DNA of 64,000 nt from an uncultured bacterium (GCA_905339405.1 CAJPGC010000007.1:27739-91738), one strand, 5' to 3'. Counted from the stretch's first letter, positions 1 to 9,212 are shown. Numbers and translations are program-made. The notes: generated by a model from the letters alone, not told the origin.

Positions 1-637
1 CTATACCGCGTACGGCACGACCCTTGCCGGGACCATTATCAACAACACCGACCTGGGCTCCACTACGCTGGCGTGCCTCAGCTGCCACGACGGCACGACG
101 ACCTACGATAACCTCGTGAACGCGCCGGGCAAGAACGGTGTGGAGCCGAACGGCTCGGACCGCGCGTGGGAGTTCATAACGCTCGACGAAGTGGTCTCCG
201 ATTTCATGACCAGCTCGAGATTGAACATCGGCGTGAGCCTGTCGAACGACCACCCGATATCGGTGCCGTATAAAGACACGGTTGCGGGTTTGAGGCCGAC
301 GGACACCGTCATCAACGATATCGACCTCACGACCGGGCTCGCCTCAAGCGCCTTCGGGTTTGACGGCGGCAACCTCAACAAGAACCTCTGGGCGGTAAAG
401 GGGTACATCTCGGAAACGGCGCAGATATCCGACCTCTTGAGGGAGACGAACGGCGAGATGAGGGTCGAGTGCTCGTCGTGCCACGACCCGCACTTCAACA
501 ACAAGTCCTGGAACGAGGTTGACGCCACCTGGTCGAGCGAGTCGAGCACGCAGGAGGATGAGTCAAACGGCCTGTTCCTCCGGAGGGTGGGGGGGAACAC
601 TGGCTCCGGCGTGTGCAGGACCTGCCACAACAAGTAG
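1..637 (+). CDS. Multihaem c-type cytochrome, 5'-truncated by the window edge (the reading frame runs from position 2; C-terminal part shown)
   Basis: Open frame continues upstream of the listed 116 start. Three CxxCH haem-binding motifs are visible (CLSCHDG, CSSCHDPH, CRTCHNK). Confidence 0.7.
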   Translation, partial: YTAYGTTLAGTIINNTDLGSTTLACLSCHDGTTTYDNLVNAPGKNGVEPNGSDRAWEFITLDEVVSDFMTSSRLNIGVSLSNDHPISVPYKDTVAGLRPTDTVINDIDLTTGLASSAFGFDGGNLNKNLWAVKGYISETAQISDLLRETNGEMRVECSSCHDPHFNNKSWNEVDATWSSESSTQEDESNGLFLRRVGGNTGSGVCRTCHNK

Positions 638-703
638 AAGAATTCGCTTGAACGGCCGGAGCGAAACTGCTTTCATTACGGAAAAGCTGCGGAGGGCTGG
701 GAA

Positions 704-1006
704 ATGGATATGATTGACGTGTTCGAGAAGACCGGGTTCGCAGGCGAGTTCATGCCGCGCATCCTGAAGGTGAAGCCGGAGTACAAGGTCCCCTTGATAT
801 GCATGGAGCCGGGCCAGGAGATAAAGCCCCACCAGAGCGGGGTCGGGGTCTTTTACTTCGTAAGCGGCCACGGAGTGATGACGGTGGAGGGGAAAGAGTA
901 CGAGGTCGGCCCCGGCAAGATGGTCTTCGTGGAAAAGGGCGAGTCCAGGGGCATAAGGGCCGAAGGCGAGAGGCTCGTGGCCTTCGCAGTGCATATGAAC
1001 GCGTAA
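704..1006 (+). CDS. Cupin-domain protein
   Basis: 100-aa ORF with a cupin-like two-motif pattern (HQSGVGVFYFVSGHG ... EYEVGPGKMVFV). Confidence 0.5.
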   Translation: MDMIDVFEKTGFAGEFMPRILKVKPEYKVPLICMEPGQEIKPHQSGVGVFYFVSGHGVMTVEGKEYEVGPGKMVFVEKGESRGIRAEGERLVAFAVHMNA

Positions 1007-1039
1007 AGCTCAACAAACAAAAACAGACCGGGGGAGAGC

Positions 1040-1288
1040 ATGGACGAGCATAGTCTTCACCTTTACAACGTGCTCACCGAGTACCGCGAGCACCTGAAGG
1101 ACGTGGAAGCGCCTGAGCATTTCCGCACTGTGGTCGAAAGCGTGCTGTCGTCGTTGACGCACGAGGAATATGCCGACGAGGACGAGCTCGAGCTCCTGGC
1201 GTCGTACGTAGAGGAGTTCGACGGAGACAACCCGGAAAGCGAAGCCGTCCTTGACGTCATCCGCGAGTACGAGGAGAACGCGGCGTAG
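1040..1288 (+). CDS. Small acidic hypothetical protein
   Basis: 82-aa ORF, very Glu/Asp-rich, directly after the cupin gene and followed by an intrinsic terminator. Confidence 0.4.
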   Translation: MDEHSLHLYNVLTEYREHLKDVEAPEHFRTVVESVLSSLTHEEYADEDELELLASYVEEFDGDNPESEAVLDVIREYEENAA

Positions 1289-1305
1289 CGGACCAATGTG
1301 TTTCG

Positions 1306-1342
1306 AAAAAAACGGGCGGCCTTCTGCCGGCCCGTTTTTTTT
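1306..1342 (+). terminator. Rho-independent terminator
   Basis: GC hairpin (acgggcggccttctgccggcccg) followed by a T8 run. Confidence 0.6.
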
Positions 1343-1394
1343 CGCCCGTTCACGAAAGTTTTTTCCCAAGCTCCTGGAGCGCCTTTCCGGAGCT

Positions 1395-1423
1395 GTTGAC
1401 AAACAGCCCCCAATGATTGTAGA
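1395..1423 (+). promoter_or_regulatory. Putative sigma-70 promoter for the cytochrome c lipoprotein gene
   Basis: TTGACA at 1395-1400, 17-nt spacer, GTAGAT/TAGATT -10-like element about 35 nt upstream of the ATG at 1458. Confidence 0.35.
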
Positions 1424-1457
1424 TTGCTTTTGCAGACAGTCGTTGAGGAGGCCGAAC

Positions 1458-2009
1458 ATGAAGAAAATCAGTATGGCGGTATTGACGCTGGCGTTGGGTC
1501 TTGGCGTCATCACAGGTTGTTCTGAGAAAAAAGAACCGGCTGAAAAGGCGCAAACGCTCCAGCAGGCGCCCGCGCCGAACGTGACGGAACCGCCGGTTGA
1601 GGAAAAGAAAGTTGCCGAGGCGGCCACCGTGGCAACGGAGCAGGCCCCGGCCCCGCCGCCAGCGGTGAAGGATAAAACAGCCGTGCAAAAAGCGCCTGTC
1701 CAGGTTGCCGTGAATGAGGCGCCTGCACAGAAGCCGGTTGACGTCGAAGCTGGCGCGGCCCTCTACAAGTCGAAGTGCTCGCCCTGCCACGGCGTGGAAG
1801 GCAAGGGCACCACGATGGCCCCGGCCCTCAAGGGTAATGAGTGGATAAAGGCCTCTTCCAACGCAGACGTCACGAACGTCATCAGGAAGGGCCGCCAGGG
1901 CAGCGGGAAAAAATACGCGAACTTCTTCGTCGATATGCCGCCGACAAAGGGCCTGGCTGAAACCGACGAAGCCGTGCTCATCGGCTACCTGAGATCGCTC
2001 AACAAGTAA
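1458..2009 (+). CDS. Monohaem class I cytochrome c lipoprotein
   Basis: ATG at 1458 preceded by gaggagg. Lipoprotein signal (LALGLGVITGC) and a single CSPCHG haem motif with a downstream Met ligand region. The listed ORF start at 1251 is an upstream extension without an RBS. Confidence 0.7.
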   Translation: MKKISMAVLTLALGLGVITGCSEKKEPAEKAQTLQQAPAPNVTEPPVEEKKVAEAATVATEQAPAPPPAVKDKTAVQKAPVQVAVNEAPAQKPVDVEAGAALYKSKCSPCHGVEGKGTTMAPALKGNEWIKASSNADVTNVIRKGRQGSGKKYANFFVDMPPTKGLAETDEAVLIGYLRSLNK

Positions 2010-2035
2010 ATAAGCCCGTGAATAACGGTAAACGC

Positions 2036-2072
2036 AAAAAAGGGCCGCGCATCGCGCGGCCCTTTTTTATTT
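2036..2072. terminator. Bidirectional intrinsic terminator between convergent genes
   Basis: Perfect hairpin gggccgcgcatcgcgcggccc flanked by an A5 run upstream and a T6 run downstream. Confidence 0.65.
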
Positions 2073-2080
2073 CCGCCCGG

Positions 2081-2812
2081 CTATTCAACTATCGGGTAGG
2101 CCGTGCGGATGAGTTTTTTGTCGAAGGCCTCGAAGTGCCACCATTCGAGCTGGATTGACTGAAAACCGGCCCTGCTCATCACATGGCGCAGGAGCCTTCG
2201 GTTTTCGACCTGCTCTTCCGTAAGCTTGCCCTCCTTGAGGAACCTCTCCTCGTGCCTGGGTTCTGCGAGCGGCCCGAAAAAGTCCATCGGGGCTCCCATG
2301 TCGAGCCTTCTCCCGCTGAGGTCGCAGATGGTGATGTCCACGGCGCAGCCGTAGTTGTGCATGGAGCCGCCCCTCGGGTCGGCGACGTAGCGCTGCATGG
2401 GTTTCCCGGAGAGCGTGGTCCACATCTTCCATGATACGGCGCGCGGGCGCAGGGCGTCTCCCACGAGGAGGGTGTGGCCGGGCCGGAGCTCTTTCAGGTA
2501 TCTGTTTGCCAGCGCCAGCTTTTGAGCAGCCTCCCGCCGGAGATAGGCTTTTTTGAAATCGCCGTAGACGGCCTCTGCCATGAAGTTGTCGGTGGACGCG
2601 TATTTGAGCTCAACCCTGATATCGGCGTCGAGGCTCTGGACGTCAACGAAACCCATCGTGACGAGCCGGGACTCGAACGGGGGCAGGGGAGCCGCCATGG
2701 GAGGAAGGGCAGGGGAGATTCTGACGACGCTTTCGGCCGGGCCAGCGCTATTGAGAAAAAGCCCGAAAAGCGAAAGAACGGCAAGATAAAATTGTGGGCC
2801 GGTTTTTATCAA
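2081..2812 (-). CDS. D-alanyl-D-alanine dipeptidase (VanX/DdpX-like, peptidase M15D), signal peptide
   Basis: VanX-family motifs SMHNYGCAVDITI and EWWHFE; N-terminal signal sequence. Confidence 0.75.
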   Translation of the reverse strand: MIKTGPQFYLAVLSLFGLFLNSAGPAESVVRISPALPPMAAPLPPFESRLVTMGFVDVQSLDADIRVELKYASTDNFMAEAVYGDFKKAYLRREAAQKLALANRYLKELRPGHTLLVGDALRPRAVSWKMWTTLSGKPMQRYVADPRGGSMHNYGCAVDITICDLSGRRLDMGAPMDFFGPLAEPRHEERFLKEGKLTEEQVENRRLLRHVMSRAGFQSIQLEWWHFEAFDKKLIRTAYPIVE

Positions 2813-2899
2813 AACATCTCCATGCGGTTTTGAAGCGGTGCGCGGCTTCTCACGGGAGTGTCAATAGTAAAACAGATTTTCTCTTTGAATTCCAGAGGT

Positions 2900-5017
2900 T
2901 TATCTCTTTTGGGCCGCGAGCCAGGAAAGGGCCGCGTTATAGACTACGTCGTGCCTGCCTTTGTATATCTTCAGGACCGCCCCGTTAGAGTCCCTTTCGT
3001 GGAGCAGCTTGACCCCGGCTTCTTCGAATAGGTCGTCATTGAACTCGCCTGTAAAATCCGGCGGAAGCCTGTGCTCTTTCGAGATTGATTCGATTACCTC
3101 TTCCGAAAGGCGGCCCTTGCCGTCGGCGAGGTCGTTGAAGGCCCGGAGAGAATGGGCGGGCGGCACGAAGCTGTCGTCCAGTCCGACGGCTATATAGACC
3201 GGGACCTTGCTTTTTGCGCCCTTGAGGTATTCGCTGGGGCTCCTTTTCCTGCATTCTTTTTCGTGGGAATTGCCGTGCTCCGGCGGCCCTCCGCATGAAG
3301 CTGTTATGTCTTTTGAATAATGATGGCTCGCGCCCTTTGTGTGTCCGTACCAGTCGACGAGGTCGTAGACCGCGCCCCATGAGACGACTCCCGCCCATTT
3401 GTCAGGGTACTTCCCGGCCATTATGAGGGCTGTCATCGCTCCGCCGGAGAAGCCCGCTATATACACTCTGGAGACGTCGATGTCCGCGTTCTTTTTCGCG
3501 TATTCCAAGGCGTCGAGAATGTCGAGTATTGCCGCTTCCGACGCCGTTGCCGAAGGGTTGTCGAACGGCCCCCGGTAGTCGGGCTGCATGAAGACCCAGT
3601 CGTTCTCAAGCGCCCAGATACCGTAAGGTATGCCGAAGGATTGCCGGTAGTCCTCGCTCCAGCTGTGGAGGACTATGAGGAGCGGCTTGGCGCGCCTGGA
3701 GCCCGAGTCATAGAAAAGGGCCTTCTGGTCTTCCCTGTCATGGCTTGATTCGATTGTAATGGCCTCTACCTGCGGGACGGCTTTTTCCCATGCCTTAAGG
3801 TCGTCCATCTTCTTCAGGGAAGTCGCGGCAAAGCCGGTCAGGGTCTTGAACTCGTTCTTATCGATGAGTTTCACCGGCCCGGCTCCGGCAGCGTAGAGGC
3901 TCGAGGCGAAAAACGCCGGGATGATTAACGAGGGCACGATATATCTAACGGCCGGAAGGCTCCTTATTATTGCGACTGTAAGCAAAGAAGCGATGAATAC
4001 GAAAAATGAGAAAACAGGGATGCCTATGAATGGGTCCGTCATCCCGGGGGTGAGCTCCAGCCCGAGCATCCCTCTTTTGGCAACCGCTATGAAAGCCGCG
4101 TGGACGAGGTAGACGCCCGGCACGCAGGCCGCGATGAAGCTCAACGCCCTGGCAGCGTACCCCGGGTTTCCCTGAAGGAACGAAAGATTCATGCTTTTTA
4201 CCATGAGGAAGATTGAGATGGCCATCATGAAGACGCTGAAGCTGAAATACTCGTAGAATATGCCGCTGAACCGGCCGCCATTTCTTATTATGGACGTAAA
4301 GTAGGTCCCGTATGCCGTTATGGAGAGGCCCGCGGCGAAGAGCATGAGGAAAAGGACCTTTCTCGAGGTCTTGAGCTCGTAATCCCTCAGCATCCAGCCC
4401 AGGGCGAAGTAGCCTATGAACTTGAATATGGAATTCCCTGTACCTGAAGAGATGTAGGTTGTGACATTGAACCATGCCTCGACGAAAGGCAGGGCGCTTG
4501 CGGCCGCGAACCACAGGGCAAGGTAGTACCAGCCGTGGAGGCGGCGCGCATTTTTCATGTACAGGCCCATGAATGGGGCAACGAGATAAAGGCCCATGAG
4601 GAGGTACATGTACCAGAGGTGGTAGTAGACCGGCTCCATGAAGAGCATCGGGATGAAAGAAGAAAGGCGCAGCTCCTCTCCGTTGGCGTATATCCTCCAG
4701 AGGAAGTAAAAAAAGCTCCAGACGATGAAAGGTACGAAGACCCGAGTAAACCTCCTGAGGAAAAAGCTCCCCATCGAATCGTCGCGGTACTTGCCGATGA
4801 GGAAAAAGCCGCTCAGCATGATGAAAACCGGGATGCACCAGCGGGAGAGGGAATCATAGAAGTTGCCTGCCCACCATTGGCGGAGCCCGTGTGTCTCGTA
4901 GCCGGTCACGTACGGGGCGGCGGAGTGGATCAATATGACTGCGTATACCGCGATGATTTTAAGGAGGTCGGCCCAGATGAGACGGCCTTTGCCGTCCGTT
5001 GTGGATATTCTTTCCAT
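2900..5017 (-). CDS. Fusion of an acyltransferase-3 (OafA-like) membrane domain with a C-terminal alpha/beta-hydrolase (S9/esterase-like)
   Basis: N-terminal ~370 aa are polytopic with acyltransferase_3 character. C-terminal part carries GFSGG (GxSxG), GLDDSFVPP and His typical of alpha/beta hydrolases. Confidence 0.7.
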   Translation of the reverse strand: MERISTTDGKGRLIWADLLKIIAVYAVILIHSAAPYVTGYETHGLRQWWAGNFYDSLSRWCIPVFIMLSGFFLIGKYRDDSMGSFFLRRFTRVFVPFIVWSFFYFLWRIYANGEELRLSSFIPMLFMEPVYYHLWYMYLLMGLYLVAPFMGLYMKNARRLHGWYYLALWFAAASALPFVEAWFNVTTYISSGTGNSIFKFIGYFALGWMLRDYELKTSRKVLFLMLFAAGLSITAYGTYFTSIIRNGGRFSGIFYEYFSFSVFMMAISIFLMVKSMNLSFLQGNPGYAARALSFIAACVPGVYLVHAAFIAVAKRGMLGLELTPGMTDPFIGIPVFSFFVFIASLLTVAIIRSLPAVRYIVPSLIIPAFFASSLYAAGAGPVKLIDKNEFKTLTGFAATSLKKMDDLKAWEKAVPQVEAITIESSHDREDQKALFYDSGSRRAKPLLIVLHSWSEDYRQSFGIPYGIWALENDWVFMQPDYRGPFDNPSATASEAAILDILDALEYAKKNADIDVSRVYIAGFSGGAMTALIMAGKYPDKWAGVVSWGAVYDLVDWYGHTKGASHHYSKDITASCGGPPEHGNSHEKECRKRSPSEYLKGAKSKVPVYIAVGLDDSFVPPAHSLRAFNDLADGKGRLSEEVIESISKEHRLPPDFTGEFNDDLFEEAGVKLLHERDSNGAVLKIYKGRHDVVYNAALSWLAAQKR

Positions 5018-5152
5018 GATTAGAGCTTAGCAGAGGCAGGGAGGGGCGCAAAAGAAAATTGGCCCGTTTCGCCCCGGCTGCCTTGATGGCACTCTGTATG
5101 GATGCAAAGCTTATTTATGGCGTTTTTCACTTTTTGATATAAGGAGAAGCCA

Positions 5153-5491
5153 ATGCCAAAAAATAACAGGGGAACAGCACACGGCGCCGATTCAAAGGTC
5201 ACTACCGACCATGAAGAGATAAGAAGATGGGCGGAGGCGCGGGGCGGGAAACCGGCTTCGGTGAAAAGGACCCGCGAAAAAGACGGGCCAGGGATAATCC
5301 GCATCGATTTTCCCGGCTTTACCGGGGGCAAATCCCTTGAGCCGATCTCATGGGAAGAGTTCTTCAAGCAGTTCGACGAACGAAAGCTCGCCTTCCTCTA
5401 CCAGGAAAAGACGGCTTCAGGGGAAGTAAGCCGCTTCAACAAGCTCATATCCCGCGAGAGTGCGGCTGAACGGGGCAAAAAAGCGGCTTGA
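5153..5491 (+). CDS. Conserved hypothetical protein
   Basis: 112-aa ORF with an RBS (aaggagaagccaATG) and a conserved-looking block TTDHEEIRRWAEARGGKPA...IRIDFPG. Confidence 0.5.
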   Translation: MPKNNRGTAHGADSKVTTDHEEIRRWAEARGGKPASVKRTREKDGPGIIRIDFPGFTGGKSLEPISWEEFFKQFDERKLAFLYQEKTASGEVSRFNKLISRESAAERGKKAA

Positions 5492-5713
5492 GAGGTCAGG
5501 TTGCGCGCATTTGAGTTAAAGGAGCTCTGTAAGTCAAACCCGCTGAATGACTTACGGGGGTTTCCCTCGAAATGTGACTCAGGTCATGGCGCTGAAAACC
5601 GCTCCGGGGTAAAATCTCCTGGCGGCAAATTTGCGACCCTCAAAACGCCGTTTATCATAAATACCAATCCCTGTTTTTAATCCCCGCCAAAAAAACTCTT
5701 CTTTACATGGTGC

Positions 5714-6847
5714 TTGACAGTGAAAATACCGACCGCGCTCGACCCGGAACTTTTCGCCACGGCGCTCGATACGCTGCCCTTCAAATATTACATAGTCGAT
5801 AAAGACCTGAACGTCCTTTTCTGGAACAGGAAAGGCGAGGAAGGCCCTTATGGCGTCAGGCAGGAAGACGCTGTCGGCAAGCATCTTGAAGCCGTTCTGG
5901 CAATAAACAGGGCGCACGTGAGCTCCCCGAAGCCGATACCCGAGATGGAGGCCGAGTTCAGGGAGGTCTTCGAAAAGGGGAGTATCATCTCCTCCGAGGA
6001 GTCTTCAGTACTCAAAAGCGGCGAGAAAAGATATTACAGGATAACGAAAACCCCTCTTCGCGGCGAAGACGGCGATGTTGCGCATACGGCCGTCATAATC
6101 GAGGACATCACGGACCAGAGAAGGCTTGAGTCGATGCTCATAGCCAAGGAGAAGCTTTTCGCCCTCGAGGACCTGGCTTCCGGTATCGCGCACCAGATAA
6201 ACAACCCCCTTTCAACGATGATGCTGTGCTCGGAATCGATGCTGAACGAGGTACGCAAGGGCGCGGTGTGCGACCCCGAGGCCGCGCTGAGGTTCGAGCA
6301 TTATCTTGAGATGACCTGCAAGCAGATTTCAAGGTGCAAGCAGGTCTCGAACATGCTGGTGGATTTCGGCAGCAACGAGGCCGGTAAAAAGGGCAGGACC
6401 GATGTGAACAAATTGCTCGGCGAGGCGGTTTCTCTCCTTAAATCGAGCAAAAGGTTCTCTGTCCCGTCAGTGGAAAAGGAGCTTTCAGCGGACATCCGGA
6501 CCATAACGGCAAGCGAGCCGCACTTGAGGCAGGTATTCTTGTCCATCCTTGTCAATGCCTTCGAAGCTGTGGACGGCAAGGCGGGCGGCGCAATAAGGGT
6601 TTCCACGTTCATGTCGGGCGAGGGGCAGAAAAAAGAAGTCGCCGTTGCCGTCCAGGACAACGGGAGCGGAATGGAGCGGGAAAAACTGCGCAGGATTTTC
6701 ACTCCGTTCTTTACGGCCAAAGGCGGCTCCCACGCGGGCCTTGGTCTTTCGGTTGCGCACCAGATAGTCTCCGGGCACGGCGGCAGGATAGAAGTCGAAT
6801 CAGAAGCCGGGAAGGGGAGCACGTTCACCGTGCTCCTCCCGTCCTGA
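5714..6847 (+). CDS. PAS-domain sensor histidine kinase
   Basis: PAS region, H-box (ASGIAHQINNPL) and HATPase_c motifs (DNGSGM, GGSHAGLGL). Confidence 0.8.
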   Translation: MTVKIPTALDPELFATALDTLPFKYYIVDKDLNVLFWNRKGEEGPYGVRQEDAVGKHLEAVLAINRAHVSSPKPIPEMEAEFREVFEKGSIISSEESSVLKSGEKRYYRITKTPLRGEDGDVAHTAVIIEDITDQRRLESMLIAKEKLFALEDLASGIAHQINNPLSTMMLCSESMLNEVRKGAVCDPEAALRFEHYLEMTCKQISRCKQVSNMLVDFGSNEAGKKGRTDVNKLLGEAVSLLKSSKRFSVPSVEKELSADIRTITASEPHLRQVFLSILVNAFEAVDGKAGGAIRVSTFMSGEGQKKEVAVAVQDNGSGMEREKLRRIFTPFFTAKGGSHAGLGLSVAHQIVSGHGGRIEVESEAGKGSTFTVLLPS

Positions 6848-6858
6848 CAGGCGAAAGC

Positions 6859-8211
6859 ATGGACTCTCAGAAGAGGAAAATAAGGGTATGCGTCATAGAT
6901 GACGAGGAGGCCCTTGTCGGCGTGCTCAAAGAGGAGCTGGCCAGGGAGGGCTTCGAAGTCGCCGCTGCCTTGAACGGTAGCGACGGCATAAAGCTCCTTG
7001 AGCACAAGCCCTTTGACGTCTGCCTACTCGACCTCAATATGCCGGGACTTAACGGCCTTGACGTGCTCGGCAAGGCCGCCCAGCAGGCTATCCCTACCGA
7101 GTTCATAGTCCTTACTGCTTGCGCCACTGTGCAGACGGCTGTCGAGTCCATAAGGCTCGGCGCGTACGATTACCTCACTAAGCCATGCAACCTGGACAGG
7201 ATAGTCTTCCTTATAAAAAAGGCACATGAGAAAAGGTGCATGCGCCAGGAGAGCCTGATACTGAAGCGCATGACCGAGGCAAGGGGCGCCAGGATAGCCA
7301 CGGCCAGCAAGGCGATGCTCCAGGTCATAAAAGAAGCCGAAAAAGTGGCCGGCACTGAGGCTCCTGTGCTCATACTCGGAGAAAGCGGGACAGGCAAGGA
7401 GGTCATGGCGGAGTTCATCCATGCCAATTCAAGCCGCTCCGAGGGGCCGTTTATCGTATTCAATTCGGCAGCCATACAGGAGAACCTTTTCGAGAGCGAG
7501 CTTTTCGGGTATGAAAAGGGCGCGTTCACCGGGGCCAACTCATCCAAGGAAGGGCTCTTCGAGCTGGCGGACGGAGGGACGCTGTTCCTTGACGAGATAG
7601 GCGAGGTCCCTCAGCAGATGCAGGCGAAGCTTCTGAGGGCCATAGAGAAAGGGACTTTCTACAAGGTCGGCGGCACGAAGGAGATACGCGTTGACATAAG
7701 GGTGCTGAGCGCGACGAACAAGGACCTGCCCGGGATGGCTAAGGGAAACGCGTTCAGGGATGACCTTTACTACAGGCTCAGCAGCATCACCCTGACGCTG
7801 CCGCCGCTGCGTGAAAGGAGGGAAGACATCAAGCCGATTGTCGAGGAACTGCTGGCGCGCCTCCCTGCCGGATACACAAAGAGCATCGATGATGCCGCGC
7901 TCGAGCTCATGGCAAGGCATGACTGGCCCGGCAACATAAGGGAGCTTCAAAACGTAGTCAACAGGGCTGCCATCCTTTCCGATTCAGACCGGATCGGGCC
8001 GGGAGACCTTCCGCCTGAGTTCAAGGACGGCCCCGTAAACCAGGCGCGTCCCGCCCAAAGCGGCGGACTGCTGTCTTTGTGCGACCTTGAAAGGGAGCAC
8101 ATAATAAGAGTCCTCGGCCACACGGCGGGGCAGAAGAAAAAGGCCGCCGGAATACTCGGAATAGACGTAAAGACCCTTTACCGCAAACTCAAGCAATACG
8201 GGATATCCTGA
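6859..8211 (+). CDS. Sigma-54-dependent response regulator (NtrC family: REC, AAA+, Fis HTH)
   Basis: REC domain; Walker A GESGTGKE; GAFTGA sigma-54 contact motif; C-terminal HTH. Confidence 0.85.
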   Translation: MDSQKRKIRVCVIDDEEALVGVLKEELAREGFEVAAALNGSDGIKLLEHKPFDVCLLDLNMPGLNGLDVLGKAAQQAIPTEFIVLTACATVQTAVESIRLGAYDYLTKPCNLDRIVFLIKKAHEKRCMRQESLILKRMTEARGARIATASKAMLQVIKEAEKVAGTEAPVLILGESGTGKEVMAEFIHANSSRSEGPFIVFNSAAIQENLFESELFGYEKGAFTGANSSKEGLFELADGGTLFLDEIGEVPQQMQAKLLRAIEKGTFYKVGGTKEIRVDIRVLSATNKDLPGMAKGNAFRDDLYYRLSSITLTLPPLRERREDIKPIVEELLARLPAGYTKSIDDAALELMARHDWPGNIRELQNVVNRAAILSDSDRIGPGDLPPEFKDGPVNQARPAQSGGLLSLCDLEREHIIRVLGHTAGQKKKAAGILGIDVKTLYRKLKQYGIS

Positions 8212-8239
8212 AGCCCGGGCTTCTCTCTTCCCCAGAGGT

Positions 8240-8268
8240 CATTATGCCATGCCGCGCGTCGCATAATG
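8240..8268 (+). promoter_or_regulatory. Inverted repeat, candidate enhancer (UAS) for the NtrC-like activator
   Basis: CATTATGC-N13-GCATAATG perfect 8-bp arms, about 60 nt upstream of the sigma-54 -24 element. Confidence 0.35.
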
Positions 8269-8324
8269 CCCTGCCGTAATCCTTCATAAAACAAAAAAGA
8301 TTGTAAAAACCGCTGGTTCTTCTC

Positions 8325-8339
8325 TGGCACGCCGTTTGC
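8325..8339 (+). promoter_or_regulatory. Sigma-54 (-24/-12) promoter
   Basis: TGGCAC-gccgt-TTGC exactly matches the TGGCAC-N5-TTGC(A/T) consensus, 16 nt upstream of the ATG at 8355. Confidence 0.55.
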
Positions 8340-8354
8340 GTTTGGGAAGTCACC

Positions 8355-8717
8355 ATGAGATTCCTTATCGTAGACGATGACCGCTACATGATGACCCTGG
8401 TCGCCTCCATCCTCAAGAAGCATAAGGTCGAGGTCGTAAGCCATTCAAACATAGGCGACGCGCTCCGGAACCTCATAGAAGAGGATTTCGACGGGGTGCT
8501 GCTGGACCTGCATCTGCCCGGCATGGACGGGCTCAGCGCAATCCCGCTCGCCAGGCAGATAAGGCCGGAGATAAACATAGGACTGATGACCGGAGATACG
8601 AGCCCGGAGGTGCGCGCGAGGGCCCTTACAGGCGGAGCCGACTTCTTTTTTCAAAAGCCCGCCGACCTGAATAACCTTTGGGAAGTCATCAGGGGCTGCA
8701 CGAGAAAGGAGAATTAG
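8355..8717 (+). CDS. Single-domain response regulator (CheY-like receiver)
   Basis: REC motifs (LIVDDD, phospho-acceptor D in VLLDLHLPGMDG, T/K downstream). Confidence 0.8.
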   Translation: MRFLIVDDDRYMMTLVASILKKHKVEVVSHSNIGDALRNLIEEDFDGVLLDLHLPGMDGLSAIPLARQIRPEINIGLMTGDTSPEVRARALTGGADFFFQKPADLNNLWEVIRGCTRKEN

Positions 8718-9212
8718 ATGTCAAAGGTCCTGCAGCTTGTCGGCTTCAGAAATGGAGATGAGTTCTTCGGAGTACCCATAAGCAAGGTCAGGGAGATAGT
8801 AAGGGTGCCGGAGATTACGCCCGTTCCGGATATGCCCGAGTTCCTCAAAGGAGTTATTAACTTGAGGGGCAGGATTGTCGCGGTGGTCGACATGAGCAGG
8901 CGTCTGGGGACGGCAGGCCCCGGGGCCAAAAAGGCGAACCGGGTGCTGATACTCGAGTTGGGCGGCAGCCTTACGGGGCTCATAGTCGATTCAGTATCGG
9001 AAATAGTAAAAATCGACGAGGAGTCAATAGAGCCGCCGCCCGAGATGATATCGTCCATCGGGGCGGAATACGTGACCGGAGTCGGCAAGCTCAAGGACAG
9101 GCTTTTCATCCTTCTGGAGATAGACAAGCTCATGAAGCCGGAGGAGATGCTCAGGGTCAGGGCGGCTGACAGGACAGACGGCGCTGAAGATGCGGTTTCG
9201 GCCGCCGGTTGA
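8718..9212 (+). CDS. cheW: Chemotaxis coupling protein CheW
   Basis: CheW-like domain (FGVPISKVREIV, VINLRGRIVAVVD). Confidence 0.85.
   Translation: MSKVLQLVGFRNGDEFFGVPISKVREIVRVPEITPVPDMPEFLKGVINLRGRIVAVVDMSRRLGTAGPGAKKANRVLILELGGSLTGLIVDSVSEIVKIDEESIEPPPEMISSIGAEYVTGVGKLKDRLFILLEIDKLMKPEEMLRVRAADRTDGAEDAVSAAG

Noticed and set aside
1251-1457. Upstream extension of the cytochrome c lipoprotein ORF (listed start 1251)
   Set aside because: The extension runs through the terminator and promoter region and encodes Arg-rich low-complexity sequence. The ATG at 1458 has an RBS and starts a canonical lipoprotein signal peptide.
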